NCBI GenBank assembly: GCA_009914755.4
Contig: CP068257.2
Location: 13,696,001-13,760,000, forward strand
From: the human T2T-CHM13v2.0 reference genome, Homo sapiens
Length of the DNA: 64,000 nt
Direction of reading: 5' to 3'
This document shows positions 1 to 15,200 of the stretch, piece by piece (the stretch's first letter is position 1; each line of letters opens with the position of its first letter). The translations under genes and the position numbers were made by a program. The notes below the pieces were generated by a model that made no database searches, was not told the DNA's origin, and was given only the letters and a program-made list of their open reading frames with translations.

Positions 1-4
1 TCTT

Positions 5-384
5 TGATATTGTTTTGCTCTGTGTCCCCACCCAAATCTTATCTTGAATTATAATTCCCACCTGTGGAGGGAGGGCTCTGTAATCCCCATGTGTCGAGGG
101 AAGGAGGTGATTGGATCATGGAGGTGGTTTCCTCCATGCTGTTCTCATGATAGTAAGTGAGGTCTCATGAGACCTGATGGTTTTATGTGTTTGACAGTTC
201 CTCCTTCACAGGATCTCTCTCCTGCCACCTTGTGAAGCAGGTGCACACTTCCACTTCCGCCATGATTGTAAATTTCCTGAGGCTTCCTCAGCCATGGAAC
301 TGTAAGTCAATTAAACCTCTTTCCTTTATAAATTACCCAGTCTTGGACATTTCTTTATAGTGGTGTGAAAACGGACTAGTACAT
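5..384 (+). mobile_element. MaLR solo LTR (THE1/MST family)
   Basis: Collinear with the THE1/MST LTR consensus as I remember it: ...gtgtccccacccaaatct.atcttgaatt... through ...gtcaattaaacctctttcctttataaattacccagtct...gtgtgaaaacggactagtaca. Recognised from memory of the consensus, not from a search. Confidence 0.75.
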
Positions 385-3300
385 TCTTTTTCCTCAAAGA
401 CCAAGTCCCTATATGTATTGGTCTCTGCCTACATTTTCTTTTTTTTTTTTTTTTTTGACCAATTTAACTCTGCTCTCTGTGCTCTAACCTCACTGACTTT
501 TGTTAAATTTTTCAGGTGAATTATGCTACTATGCTACCTATTGCCACAGGACAACTATCTGGGATTTATTTTTATTCATTCAACAAATATAACTTGAGAG
601 TTCCCCTTTCCCCTAGTTAATTTCAACTCAAACTTAAAACCAAAGCTCAGACATTCTTGGAATCCTCAGTGAAAGCTGGATTTCTTTGTGAGAATCCTTT
701 CTCTTTCTTTTGACAGCCTATGGGCATCAGTTGTAATCATATACTTGCTGGTGTGATTTTACGAGTCTCTGTCACCCTCAGTAGCCTGTAAGCTTTGGGT
801 GATCAGGAATCAAATCTATCTCTTAACTTCCTGCTCTATGCTGTTTCCCAGCACAGTGCCTGGAAATTAATGAATAGTCTATTAATAGCTCTTAAATAAA
901 ACATTCATCAAATAATTCACAGAATATGACTTAGATTTAGAGGGCTATTATACATATATTTCTAAAGTTAAATATTTACTGTATGATTTCTCTTTGTTTT
1001 TCCACATTGTTCAACTTTGTGGTTTATCAATAGATTTCTGGAGGTAAAAGTTTCGCTCTCATTTGTGTTCTCATTCATATTTCCTTTGCCACAATATTTC
1101 TTGCACTATACTTCTTAGAAAAGCAATACTTGAGATCACGTATCTGTATTTTATTGAAGTTACTCAGTTTAAAGCCAGTCATCCTAAATCATTCTAAAGA
1201 CTTCTAAACTGACCTCTACTAAGGAAAAGAAAATGCTTATTTTTTGAAAAATGGCAGCCTTCCTATTCCAGATTTTTTTCCAAGCTTAACATATAGAAAC
1301 ATTTTCTCTCCCCCTGAATTTTACTTAGTCATAAGTTTTTAGCTCAAGTTTCAATTGTAATAGCTGGAAAACATTTAATGCTAAAAAAATGAATGGCTGC
1401 TTCCAAATAACACACTGTTCTTTGAGAAAGATCACTTAAAATATCAGATTCATCTCATCTCCATTATCAGTTGTTCTGAAAGTCTCCTTTGAGTCATTTA
1501 TCTTTGTAATCATTGTTTTCATCCATATATTGGCATTTAGACAGGTATTACAGATAGTATGTAAAAAAAATACACATGTATAAAAATGCGGCCATTATAC
1601 CCCTACTAAAATATTGATCATAAAGGAACCAAATTCAATGTGTTCATTTTTATAATAACTTTAAAGAATTCATGCTTAATTAAAAGTGATATATAAATCA
1701 TGGTGTTTGCTAGCACTATGGACTGTGCTGTTCCCATTCTGCCAAACTTAATATAAAATTAATTGTTAATTTTCAGACCCGTAGTCTTCTCTTCACCAAA
1801 AAATATGCTGATTGTTTAGACATGAGTCAGTGAATTATTAAACTTTATAACTGAGGGCTCTCTTTTGTGATGTCTTAAAGTAATTCTCAAGATTTGACAC
1901 TACTCTCAATGTCTACATTTGCTCCTTCTATACACTGAAAAAAAATGTTTTGTGACACAACTTTCTAGATAAGTCTATGCATCAAGTGTATTTCACAGTC
2001 AGTTGAATGGTTACTATTTCAGTAAAGTGCACTTAGCATTAAGAGTAGCATGACCTTGTAGGGTGGCAAAGAAGGGTTTATCTTTTGCACAATCAAACAC
2101 GACAGTGGACTAATCTAAATTTTTTTCCACTTTATAATACTCGAAGACCTCTAGGTTAGTCTGACCTTACATAAACAAATATAGCAATTCAACAGTCTTT
2201 CACATGCTTGTTCTAAACAAAACTTAAAGCCAAAATAGCCACCAATTCCAGAGTAACTGATGATTAACTTAGGGAGTACTTGGCTCTATCTTCAAGAAGG
2301 TTAACATGACCTGAAATGACAAAATGATTTTACTTACTTACATTGTATGCATTTCATGTGTTGTTAGGATAATGGTTATTTCACTTTTTGAAGGTCAGTC
2401 TGAAAAACTTGACCAGTAAATGTTTCTGTGGCATTGCCCTCTTTCAACCAGAATCTACAATTGTATTGAATGGCTTTTTATTTCTACCATGTTTTTTGGC
2501 CTTGGTAATAAACCACACTGACTCTCTCATTAAGTAGAAATCCAATTCCTTTTTTTCCAGGTGAAGGGAGAACATATTTCCCAATATTTAACCTCATGTA
2601 TGACTGTAATGAGACCTTATTTTTTTCATATCTCTACAGCATCTCTGCAGAGCATTCCATCCTGCTGAACAAGGCTAGTGTATGTCCTTGCTTGTGCCAA
2701 GCTCTTTCCAGACTCTGTGTTCCTAACATTCCCATGACCTGGAATATCTTCTTTCCGTCTGACATTTTTCTTTCTCTCCCTTGTCTATAGTGACTCAGCA
2801 CTTTTAATGATTTTCTATGTACCTCATTATTATGATGGATGAAGCCCATGCCTGGGAAACACCACCATAACTGCATGTAACCAGCACCTCTTATGCTTCT
2901 TAGAAATTCAGCTCTAAATCTCCCCATTCATCTTTCATTCAGGAAATAAAGTTGGAATGTAAGTGAGAATTACATACCGTGAATCAAATCTATTGTTTTA
3001 AATGAAATAATTGGCAAGGCTTTGCAAATTATTCTAGCAGCGAATTATCTATAGCCCATGCCACAAGTGTATCATGGCATTGATTGAAATGCACGGATCA
3101 AGTCAAATTGAATCCTGTTTATTTATTAAGACTCAAATCAAATCAACTATAATTCAGACTATATTCATTCATTCACTCAACAGTTATTCATTGCCTGGAA
3201 CAGAAATTGCACAAGGTGTCAGGGCTATAAAAACAGATAAAGTAGTTATTCTCAAAATGAGCATGGGGCACTCCTCAGTTTTTTGTGACACATATTTTTG

Positions 3301-5203
3301 CACTTTTGAGTTGAGCGGATACAAAATCCTTCTGAATACAGCTCTCAAAGCAAAAACTCTATTTATTAGAAATAGCACAGAGATAGATATCTCCACTACA
3401 GTTAAACAGATAGACATGTAAATTAATAGTCAATCAGTAAACTATAATTTGCAGAGTTAGGTAAACAAGAGCAAAACTTTAATGCCTATTCATTAATTTA
3501 AAATGTATAATTTCTGTAGAACACCATTGGATCCTATGTGAGAGTAAAAAAAATAATCTCTGAATAGAAAGAACAAAGAATTTAGAAGGGGAGATAAAAT
3601 GTACACCCAAATAACAAAAATATTAAGCCAATGTCTTTGTAGATATAATGTCCATGCATTAATTCCATGTTATTTTCTCTAAGTCATTATTTTACCTACT
3701 GCACTATGACTTCTGATCTATGCCTTAATCTTGGATCTTACTGGCACCAGCAATCATTCCTTAGTTTCAAGAAAAAGTAACTTTTAAAATTCTGCATCTT
3801 ACTTGATCATTTCATAGAATTTAAAATTGAGAATCAAGGCTTCTCTGTTTCCAAGCACAATACTTCCGATTTACATCTTACCTTTCTGACAATTCTCATT
3901 CATATATTTTGATCCTTTTTTGTCGTCTACCCCTGACATTTGGTGTTCCTCATTGTCCTTCAGTCTCATGTCTCTTCTCTTGAGATATTCTATCTGATTT
4001 ATTTTTTCTAATCTCAGGATGCTTAGGATTGAACAAGTCCACTAACACCATTCACTTCATAGTGTAAATGAATTGTCTTCCTAAAGTTGTACAGGGCAAA
4101 ATCTACATGGCCAAACCCATACATAATTGTTCTCCATCTATTTCTAGTCTAGAAACTCAGTTCTTTTTCCTTGACTTCTTCCCCATGGTTTATTTAATCT
4201 GTTCCATGAATTAGCCTCATGTATAAATTTACCTGTACAAGCAAAGTTACAGAGATTCCTCTCCACATTGTGTTCCAAACTGCCGCCATCATCCAATTCT
4301 TGAAGCCTGATATCCTTACTTTGTTCAATATTTGGGTTATTATTCACACATTTATTTTCCCAAACTAGAAGTTTAGGAGCCAACTTTGACTTCTTCCATT
4401 TTCTCCACACAAATTCAATCAGTCAGTGTGTCTTGTTAAATCTAACTCTGAAATGTTTTTCGAGTCTGTCACATCTTATTCATTCTTTACAGTTTTATAT
4501 ATAGAAAACAAGTGGTTCTCTTAACTTTTCATCCTGTCCTTAATGTGTCTCAATGTCATGAATTCTTCTCTGCCTATTCACTTTTTGGTCTTTTCTCACT
4601 GTTTCCTGAAAACCTATCTTTGCCCCTGATGTTTTCTTTATGTGAGTGATGTTTCTTACCAAACTATTATAAAAAAATAATTTCCAGGATTCAATTCCAA
4701 TGTGATTCCTTTTAAAACTTTTATTCTTTTAGTTTAATCATCCTCCATGAGATATTACCCTTTCCCTTCTTCTGTTTCCTACAGTATTTTATGTGTGCGC
4801 TAGCAAAACACCTTTGATAATGATCACTTCTTGTAAAATGCTTGTTTCCTTTAATAGACTGTAAATTTCTTCGGGGAAAGAACCAGGAGTTTTCTTTATT
4901 TATGTCTCTTTAGAATATGAATACATGATTAATATATAGAAGATACTTGAAACATTTGGGGGGAATTAAACTGCACTTCTAACGTTCATGTTAAACAACT
5001 AAACAGATGTTTTAAATATACAACACTAGGTGATTCTCACCCAAAAGGCATGCATATTTTAATGCATGATTTTCAGTGACTCTACTTATAAAACTAATGG
5101 GAAATTGACCAAAAGATGAAATATGTTTACCAGTTCCTGAAACTCACAGTTATTATTAAGCTACACAGTGATTTTAGGTGGTATTACTCACTTTGTTCGC
5201 ACA

Positions 5204-5513
<310 letters not shown>

Positions 5514-6149
5514 TAATGATTAAAATGAGAGAAATGTAGCTTTACTTCCTGAAAATTTACTTGCTTCTGTGGTCCACTCTCTTCCACTTTTATTCCATAA
5601 TCTTGAAAATAAACTGTTCAATAAACACTACTGATGCCTTAAAGATAACTTATAATAAGTAGGTAACATATATCAAGTCACAATTACTTTGACTACCAAC
5701 CCACCCTTCCATTTTGTTCCTGAAAATAAATCAGGAACAATAGATGAACTGTCAATCCCAGGTGTCTCTAAGGCAGAATATTTTTCTCTTGCCAGATCTA
5801 GAGTCATCCTTGTTCCCCTCATTCATATTGTGCTTAAACTTCGCAGGTTTCAACTCTATTTCTGCTCATCACAGTCTTCAAATTGGTTCTCTTTTTATTC
5901 TATCTTCAAACTACATTTATATCTTCCACAGTTGTTTCCCTTCATTTGATTTATGCAAGAAGAATTCAAAGAGCAGTGGAAGAAAGTTTGAGTAGAGAGT
6001 GCAGGATTAGAAACAATACAGAGGTCATGTGGGAGAAACACCAGACACTTGATACAATGTCCTTTTCCAGATGCAATGCCAACACATCATTATGGAGTCT
6101 TCCCAGGGCTCTCATTAACTACAACCTCTGCCCATGTTACTCAAAATGT

Positions 6150-6530
6150 GATTCAATTCAGTTATTCATTCAACATACGATAACTGTGTGCCTTGTATAT
6201 GGACAGTCATGTTCTAAGCTTGAGGGATACTACAGAGCACAACATAGTTCCTTTTCAAACAAAGCCTTTCTTGTATTCCTATGGGAGAAGACAGGCAATA
6301 AACAAATAGATACATAGCACATCAGTGGGAGAAATATGGTTTTAGGAAAAAAAAAAAACCTAACATGGCAATAGGATGGGGAGATGGAGGAGATTGTGTT
6401 ATTTTACATAGAATAGTCAAGTAAAGCCTCCCTTTGTGGGTGATATTTGAACAGAATATGAAGGAGGAAATGAGCCATAGGACTATCAGTGCAATGAATG
6501 AACCCAGCATGGGAAAGAATGAGTGCAAAC
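6150..6530 (-). mobile_element. LINE2 (L2) 3' end / MIR-related fragment
   Basis: ttcattcaacatacgataactgtgtgcc...gttctaagcttgagg matches the reverse complement of the L2/MIR tail. 6380-6530 (ttttacatagaatagtcaagtaaagcctccc...gatatttgaacagaatatgaaggaggaaatgagccat...agtgcaaa) is collinear with the L2 3'UTR as I remember it. Confidence 0.5.
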
Positions 6531-7023
6531 ACAGAACATACTCCAAGATCAACCACATGCTCAGACATAAAGGAAGAATGAATACGCTTTTGAAAATTGA
6601 AACAATGTCAAACATACATTTGGACCACAGTGGAATAAAAATAGAAATGAATACCAAAATAATCCTCAAAACCACATAATTGATGCATAAATTAAACAAC
6701 TTGCTCTTGAATGACTTTTAGGTAAACAACAAAATTAAGGCAGAAATGGGAAAATGTATAAAATAAATGAAAACAGACACATGATATACCAAAATCTCTG
6801 GGATAGAGCAAAAGCAGTGTTAAGAGGAAAGTTTATAGCACTAAATACCTATCTCAGAAAGTTAAAAAGATTTCAAACTAATGATCTAACATCACACCTG
6901 AGGAACTAGAAAAACAAAAACAAACTAACTCCAAAACTAGCAGGAGAAAGGAAATAACTAAAATCAGAACAAAACTGAATGAAATTGAGACCTTGAAATC
7001 CATGCAAATAATCAACAGAATCA

Positions 7024-7140
7024 AAAGTTGGTTTTCTGAATAAACAAGATTGATTGACATCTAGCTAGATCAATGAAGAAGATGGTTTTCTGAAAGGATA
7101 AACAAGATTGATTGACATCTAGCTAGATTAATGAAGAAGA
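7024..7140 (+). repeat. Approx. 57-bp tandem duplication inside L1 ORF2
   Basis: ggttttctgaataaacaagattgattgacatctagctagatcaatgaagaaga is repeated immediately as ggttttctgaaaggataaacaagattgattgacatctagctagattaatgaagaaga. Confidence 0.8.
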
Positions 7141-9411
7141 GAGATTTAAATAAGCACAATCAGAAAAAACAAATCAGATAAATTTCTGGAAACACACAAA
7201 CTTTCTTTCACTGCTCTTTGAATTCTTCTTGCATGAAATCAAACATCACAACCAATCTCACAGAAGTACTATAGCATTATAGCATCTGCAAGACTACTGT
7301 GAACACCTCTGTGAACCAGGAAATCTAGAGGAAATTGATAAATTTCTGGAAACACACAGTCTCCCATGATGGAATCAGGAAGAAATTGAAACCCTGAACA
7401 GACCAATACCAAGTTTCAAAATTGAATCAATAGTAAAAACCTACCAACCAAAAAAATGTCCTGGACCAGATGGATTCACAGCTGAATTCTGCCACACAGA
7501 CAAAGAAGAGGGAGTATCAGTCTTACCAAAACTATTCCAAAAATTGAGGCAGAGGGACTCCTCTCTAACTCAATCTACAAAGTCAGCATCACCCTGACAC
7601 CAAAACCTGGAAAAGACACAACAAACAAAGAAAACTACAGGCCAATATCCCTGATGAACATAGATGCAAAAATCCTCAGCAAAATACTAGCAAACCCAAT
7701 CATCAAAAAGTTAATTCACTATGATCAAGTAGCCTTCACTCCTGGGATGCAATATTGGTTCAACATATGCAAATAAATAAATGTGATTCACGACAGAAAA
7801 AAAATTATAAACAAAAACTATATGATTATTTCCATAGATGTGGAAAAAAACTTTAGATAAATTTAACATACTTTCATGATTAAAAAAAAAACCCTCAACA
7901 AACTAGGCATTAAAGGAATAGACCTCAAAATAATAAGAACCATGTATGACAAACCCACAGTTAACATCATACTGAAGGGGCAAAACTGAAAGCATTCCTC
8001 TTGAGAACAAGATAAGGACACCTACCCTCACTACTCTTTTTCAACATAGCATTAGAAATCCTATCCAATGCAATCAGACAAAAGAAATAAAAGGCATCCA
8101 AATTTGAAAGGAAGAAAAACTATCTCTGTTCACTGACTATATGATACAAAGCCCTGAAGACTCCACCTTCTATGTGTAGAAAACCCTAAAGACTCCACTG
8201 AAAGGCTCCTGGAACTGATAAAGGACTTTAGTAAAGTTTCAGGATACAAAATAAATGTACAAAAATTAGTAGCATTTCTATACACCAATAACATTCAATC
8301 TGAGAACAAAATCAAGACTGTAATCCCATTTACAATAGCTGCAAAAAAGAAAAAAGAAAATAAAATACGTAGGAATACATCTAACCAAGGAGCTGAAAGA
8401 TCTCTACAAGAAAAACTACAAAACAATGCTGAAATAAATTATAGATAACACAAAGAAATGGGAAAACAGTCCATGCTCATGGACTGGAAGAATCAATATC
8501 ATTAAAGTGGCCATACTACCCAAAGCAATCTACAGATTCAATGCTATTCCTATCAAACTACTAATGTCATTTTTCACAGAGCTAGAAAAAATTATACTAA
8601 AATTCATATGGAATAATGGAAGAGCTTGAATAGCTAATGCAATCCTAAGCAAAAAGGACAAAGCTGGAGGCATCACATTACCCAACTTCAAACTATACTA
8701 TAAGGCTACAGTAACCAAAAGAGCTTAGTAGTTGTACAAAAACAGACACATAGACAAAGGAAACAGTCTAGAGAACCCAGGCATAAAGCCACATACCTAC
8801 AGTCATCTGATTTTTGACAAACTAAGTTGACAAAAATAAGCAATGTGGAAAATACTCCTTATTCAATAAATGGTACAAGGGTAGCTGTCTAGATGTATGC
8901 AAAAGAATGAAACTACACCCTATCTTTCACAATATATAAAAATTCACTCAAGATGGATTAAATATTTAAATGTTAGACCTCAAACTATAAAAATCCCACA
9001 AGAAATTTGGAAAAGAATGTATGACTAAGTCCTAGAAAGCAATCACAACAACAAACTGAAAAGTGGTAGCTAATTAAACTAAAGTGCTTCTGCACAGCAA
9101 AAGAAATTATCAACAGAGTAACAGGCAGCCTAAAGAATGGGAGAGAATATTTGCAAACCATGAATCTGAAAAAGGTCTAATATCCAGAATCTACAAAGAA
9201 CTTTAAAAATTCAACAAGCAAGAAACAAATAATCCCATTAAAAAATGGACAAAAGACATGAACAAACACTTCTCAAAAGAAGTCGTACAGGTGACCAACA
9301 AACATACAAACGCTCAACATCACCAATCATCAGAGAAATGTGAATCACAGTTATGATGGGATAGCATCTCACATCAGTCAGAGAGGCTCTTATTAAAAAG
9401 TCAAAAAACAG

Positions 9412-10148
<737 letters not shown>

Positions 10149-10551
10149 GAACTTAGAACTACCATTTGACACAGTAATCCCATTACTGGGTATATATCCA
10201 AAAGCAAATAAATTATTCTACCAACAGATACCTGCACTGTCTGTTTATGACAGCACTATTCACAATAGCAAAGTCATGGAATCAACATAGGTGCCCATCA
10301 ATGGTGGATTGGATTTAAAAATGTTATATATTTTATATATATATATTTTAGTTTACTATTACGTAGCCATAAAAACAGAATACTATGTAGCCATAAAAAT
10401 AAATGAAATCATGTTCTCTGCAGCAACGTGAATGCAGTTGGAGGCCGTTATCATAAGTGAATAAATGCAGGAACAGAACAAATACACATGTTCTCACTTA
10501 TAACTGGGAGATAAACTCTGACTACACAGGAATATAAAGGTGGGAGCAATG

Positions 10552-10883
<332 letters not shown>

Positions 10884-11689
10884 CTACCAGAGGTGGGAGA
10901 GTAGGAAGGAAGAAAGAGTTGGAAAACTAACTGTTAGGTACTATGCTCAGTACCTGGGTGATGGGATCAGTCATACCCTAAACCTCAGCGTTTTGCAATA
11001 TGCCCATGTAACAATTCTTCACATGTATGCACTGAATCTACGTAAAATAAAGTTGAAATTATTTAAAAAAAGAAAAGAATGACTGCAAATACCTGAGGTC
11101 TTAAAGCAGGAGTGTGCTTGGCATTTATATCAGTCTGGCTCCCAGCAAAATAATTTGCGTAGAGTCTAATCAATACTCTATATAAAGAACAAAGAGAATA
11201 TAAGAAAGTCATTGGGAAAAATACAGTACCTAGGGCTAATAACAGTAGGTCTCCATTACTGGTTAGGCCCAAAAGGGCGAGGGGTGAGATTAATTGTAGG
11301 AACCGGAGACAGAGAGAAATGTGTAAAGAGGGCTACTTTGTAGGAGTAAACCCCTTAAACAAAGGATGCCTGTGTCCTGCCAGCAAAGAACCTGTAGAGA
11401 GGGAGACAGTGAATATACACTCTAATCTTACTCTTGTCCTCCCTCTGATTTCTTGACAGTGCCCGCTATTGGCTGAAAACGGAAGGCTAAGGCACCTGTT
11501 GATAAAGTCCACGCCGTTCTCCCTCTCAGGGCACAGAAAAGAGAAGCACGGAGAGTGGATCTTCAGGGGAAAATGGAAGGTCTTTATCACAGCAAGTCTG
11601 AAGGACCCATGAGGCCAGAGTGCCCGGAGCCTAGTAGGCAAACGAGTGAACAGCAGGAGATGAGAGCAGTGAGGTAGAGGCTGGATCAT

Positions 11690-12230
11690 GTGGGGCCTTG
11701 TTTCCATAATGTGGACTTTGTAATTTATTCTGAGTGACATAGGAAGTCACAGGGCATTTTTGAACCAAGGGGAAGGCAAGGATAGAAGCAAGAAGATCAT
11801 TTAGGAACTATTGCAGTAATCCTGGTGAGAGATGATGGTGACACGGGCTAGAAAAATAGTGAGCCTGGCAGTGAGAAAAGCAATCATGTTCTGGATGCAT
11901 TTGGAAAGAAGAGAGCTGTCATAGTTTACATATGTTGACTGTGAGAGACAGAAGATTGTCAAGGAACACTGGAGAGTTTGGGCAACATAAACAATATAGT
12001 TGCCATTTCGCCATTTACTGAGATGGGCAAGACTTCTGAAAGTGTAGGTTTCATATGGCTATTAGGCATCTAGGTAGAGATGTCATATGTGATTTTGGCA
12101 GAGGTTGGGCCTGGAAATATAACTTTGGCATTTGTTAGAATACAGATGTCAGATAAAGCTGTGGGACCTGATGTGATTAGGCAAGGATTTAGTGTAACTA
12201 AATAACATTACCCTAAAATGGACTCCTGGG
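11690..12230 (+). mobile_element. Unclassified interspersed repeat, copy 1 (same family as 37150-38060)
   Basis: Shares collinear words with the 37150-38060 copy: ccatttactgagatgg / cattaactggagtgg, catatgtgattt / catccaagtggagatatcaac, gaggttgggcctggaaatataactttgg / gagaggtccaagctaaaaatgtaaacttagg. I cannot name the family. Confidence 0.4.
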
Positions 12231-13899
12231 AATTCTAACATTTAAACTTTAATAATGCAGGAAGGAAGCACTCAGCTAAAAAGATCAAAAAGGACTAGAA
12301 TGTGTTATAGCAGGATTCTGGTGGGTATTGAGTGTAACTGAGTAGTGTAAATTGAAAACAATTTGGGTCAAAGAAGCCTGTAGCCATAATGAGAAAAATG
12401 ATCAGAATATGAGAGTATTGATATTTTTGGTGACCTTGGGAATATTTAAAAGGTACAGAAATATTGACGTCTACATTTTGATGGTGATTAAGACATAATA
12501 TTGATCTTACTATTTTTGAAATGTATAGTTCCTGCAACTTAGTTGTTAGATTATTAAACAGTTTTGGCCTAATTTTTCTGTAAAAAAAAATGACATTTCA
12601 AAATAGGTTGGTCAAAAACATATCTTGTACATAATCTGACCAAAAAATTAGATGCAGTTAAATCTTATTTCCTATTCAATTTACTTGATATTATCACATT
12701 TGACACTAGCAAACTATTTGGAGGAGAGTGGAAAGTTCTAGAATTGCCCATATGTGTCCTAAAAACAGGGTCAAGGCTGCAAAGATCTTTTCTAATAAAT
12801 AATGAGCATTTATAAGATTCTGCTACTTTCCAGAGTAGGATAGACAGATCAGTGATCCCCAAAGATTTCCACATTCTATTCCCAGGAACCTATGAATATG
12901 TTACCTTACAGGGCAAAAGAGACTTTGCTGATGTGATCAAGTAATGGACTTTGAGATGAGGAAGACTATTCTGGATTATCCAGGTGAGCTCCATGTGATC
13001 ACATGGGTCCTTAAAAATCAGAGAACTATCTTGGCTATGGTCAGGAAGATGAAATCTTGCTGATTTTGAAGACAGAGGAAGAGGGCCATGAGTCATGGCT
13101 TGTGGGTGGCCTCTACAAGCTGGAAAATGGAAGGAAACAGATTCTCCAGGAAGAAACACAGCCCTGCTAACACTATGATTTTACCCCTGTTTGGTCTGTG
13201 TCACACGTCTAATCTAGAGAAGTGCAAGAAAATTAATTTGTGGTTTCCATCTACAACATCTGTGGCACTGTGTTACAGCTGCAATGGAAAATTAATACAT
13301 AGTGTCATGATTTTGTTTTAGATGATCATCTCAGTTGAATGAAGAAACAACCAAAATGGTGAATTTGAAGATTTCAAATGAGAAGCAGTTTCCTTCCCTC
13401 ATATTGAAGTGTAGGTACGGGTCTAGAGTGGCCTGGACCCTTCCCCACTATACCTGAATGTCCTGAGAAGGCGATGTTTGTTCCCTCATTGTAGATGAAG
13501 AAACAGAGATATTAAATATATTTATAAGATACTCCAAATAACAGAATGGATCCAGCACTGAAACCCACTTTCCACCCTGCCCCCCCGCACATTGCCTCAA
13601 AGGCTTTCATATATATGAAATATATATGCTTAAGAAATCCAAGTAAATTTGGAAGAGGGATGATTACGCACAATTTCCTTTTGGCTGCCTGATTTCCTTT
13701 TGGCCTTCTGCAGTTAAGAAGTCCGCGCATTTGCATGGTCATCTTAACACATGAAAGGAACAAACCAATATAGTCTAATCATAGTAGCCTGCTGAGGTCA
13801 CAACAAAATTGTCTGACCTCTGAGAGGCTCTGCGTTACACCTAAGAAAACAGCAATACCAGTAATTTGCTTTAAAAAAAAAAAAAGAGAAAGATGCATT

Positions 13900-15200
13900 T
13901 ATCAGCCACAGTGAAAGATAATAGTCGGTGCCCTCTTCGTCTTTCCTGTCCCTTTAATTTTTTGCTAACAGGGGAGGAGAAATAATCAAGGGCATCAGGT
14001 GTAGGTTGCCCCTTAAACTAATTAACAGTCCTTTGGGGAGTTTCGCTAGCCTCCCTCTTTTGTCCAGTTACTGGCAGGAAACTGGGTGACCAGGTGGTTT
14101 TCTGGTGCTGTAACTTTGCCGAGGGCTGCTGGAAGTTGTAAAAAGGCTTTAACTTATCTCTTCTAGATCCTTGGGTTCAGCCGGCTCAACCTCTTAACCC
14201 AGGCTTTCTTCATTTCCCTGTCTTCACATGTCTATCTTTGATAAAGGAGAAACTGGTGAAAGTCAGCATGTAGATATTACCTCTTGAGTTCTAAGGCTCA
14301 AATTCAGTAAGTTATAGAGAAATCTGGTGGTGTTGCTTTTGTAGTATGAAGCCTAGTTCATTTTTATTAAAATATAATTGCCTTACCTAGGAGATGCTTG
14401 AGGAATTGGAAGGACCAACCCAGAGTCTATCTCTCTTTGTTGTTGCTTACTGAGTGTTCTCCTTGGTGGAAGTGGCTTCTATTCCATTATAGGCAGAGCA
14501 CTGCAGGGCTGTTTATTTCCTGTATCTACAGAGTACAAAAATGGTTCAACGAAAGAAATAGTTGGGATTGAGGTATTTGATGGAAAGGAAATGGGAGTAT
14601 TTGTTCGTTTGGGCCACGAGGCAAGTTCAAAGCGGGAGACTTTTGTTTTATAAAATGATGGTGAGCAGCTCCGGTTTTATGTCAAACATCAGGGTTTCGT
14701 GCAGGATATAAACATTTCCTGCTGGCCAAGTCTGTTTCTATAATGGTAACCCCATAGGTTCTGTGCTACTTGCACTGTAATTGTGCCAAGAGTTCCTGTA
14801 TTCAACAGGGGAGGTTAAAAGTCAGTCTGGTTTCACAGCTGTTTTGGGTAAGAATTGGCTTTCCAGCAGCTCTGGAAACTTACAGTTATACTCCTCAGAT
14901 AAACATTAATCAGTGGCTATAATTTCACAAGGGCATCGTGGAGTTGTTGGGAACGAAATTGGAAATATGCCTGTCTGGGTGTGTATTTCATGGTTGTGTG
15001 TAGGGACGCTCAGGGACATTAGTTTTAAGAAGGCCATTAATGAGTATAGATAATTGTAGAATTTTATTTCATAATTTCTTCAGGCACACATTAAGGTGAA
15101 AATGAGCACAATTGAAAGTTTAAATGGTAGACCTTATTTTCCCCTTGACTTTCGGTAAATTTAAAGATGGTTTATCTTCATTTTTTATTAATCTCAATTT
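13900..15200. promoter_or_regulatory. Unique block with retained CpGs and homeodomain-type TAAT motifs; candidate distal regulatory element
   Basis: gtcggtgccctcttcgtc, ctaattaacag, gagtttcgctagcc, ttgccgaggg, agccggctc. The densest patch is 14581-14720: ttgttcgtttgggccacgaggcaagttcaaagcgggagac...ccggttttatg...gtttcgtgcagg, with 6 CpG in 140 bp. Confidence 0.3.

Noticed and set aside
437-458. Poly-T run (22 nt) as an Alu tail
   Set aside because: No Alu body adjoins it. It is a simple homopolymer or the remnant of a deleted element.
6878-9400. Functional L1 ORF2 (reverse transcriptase) CDS
   Set aside because: Homology to ORF2 is clear, but the reading frame is broken by many stops and frameshifts (the longest ORFs are ~60-130 aa). 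I call it a decayed LINE, not a CDS.
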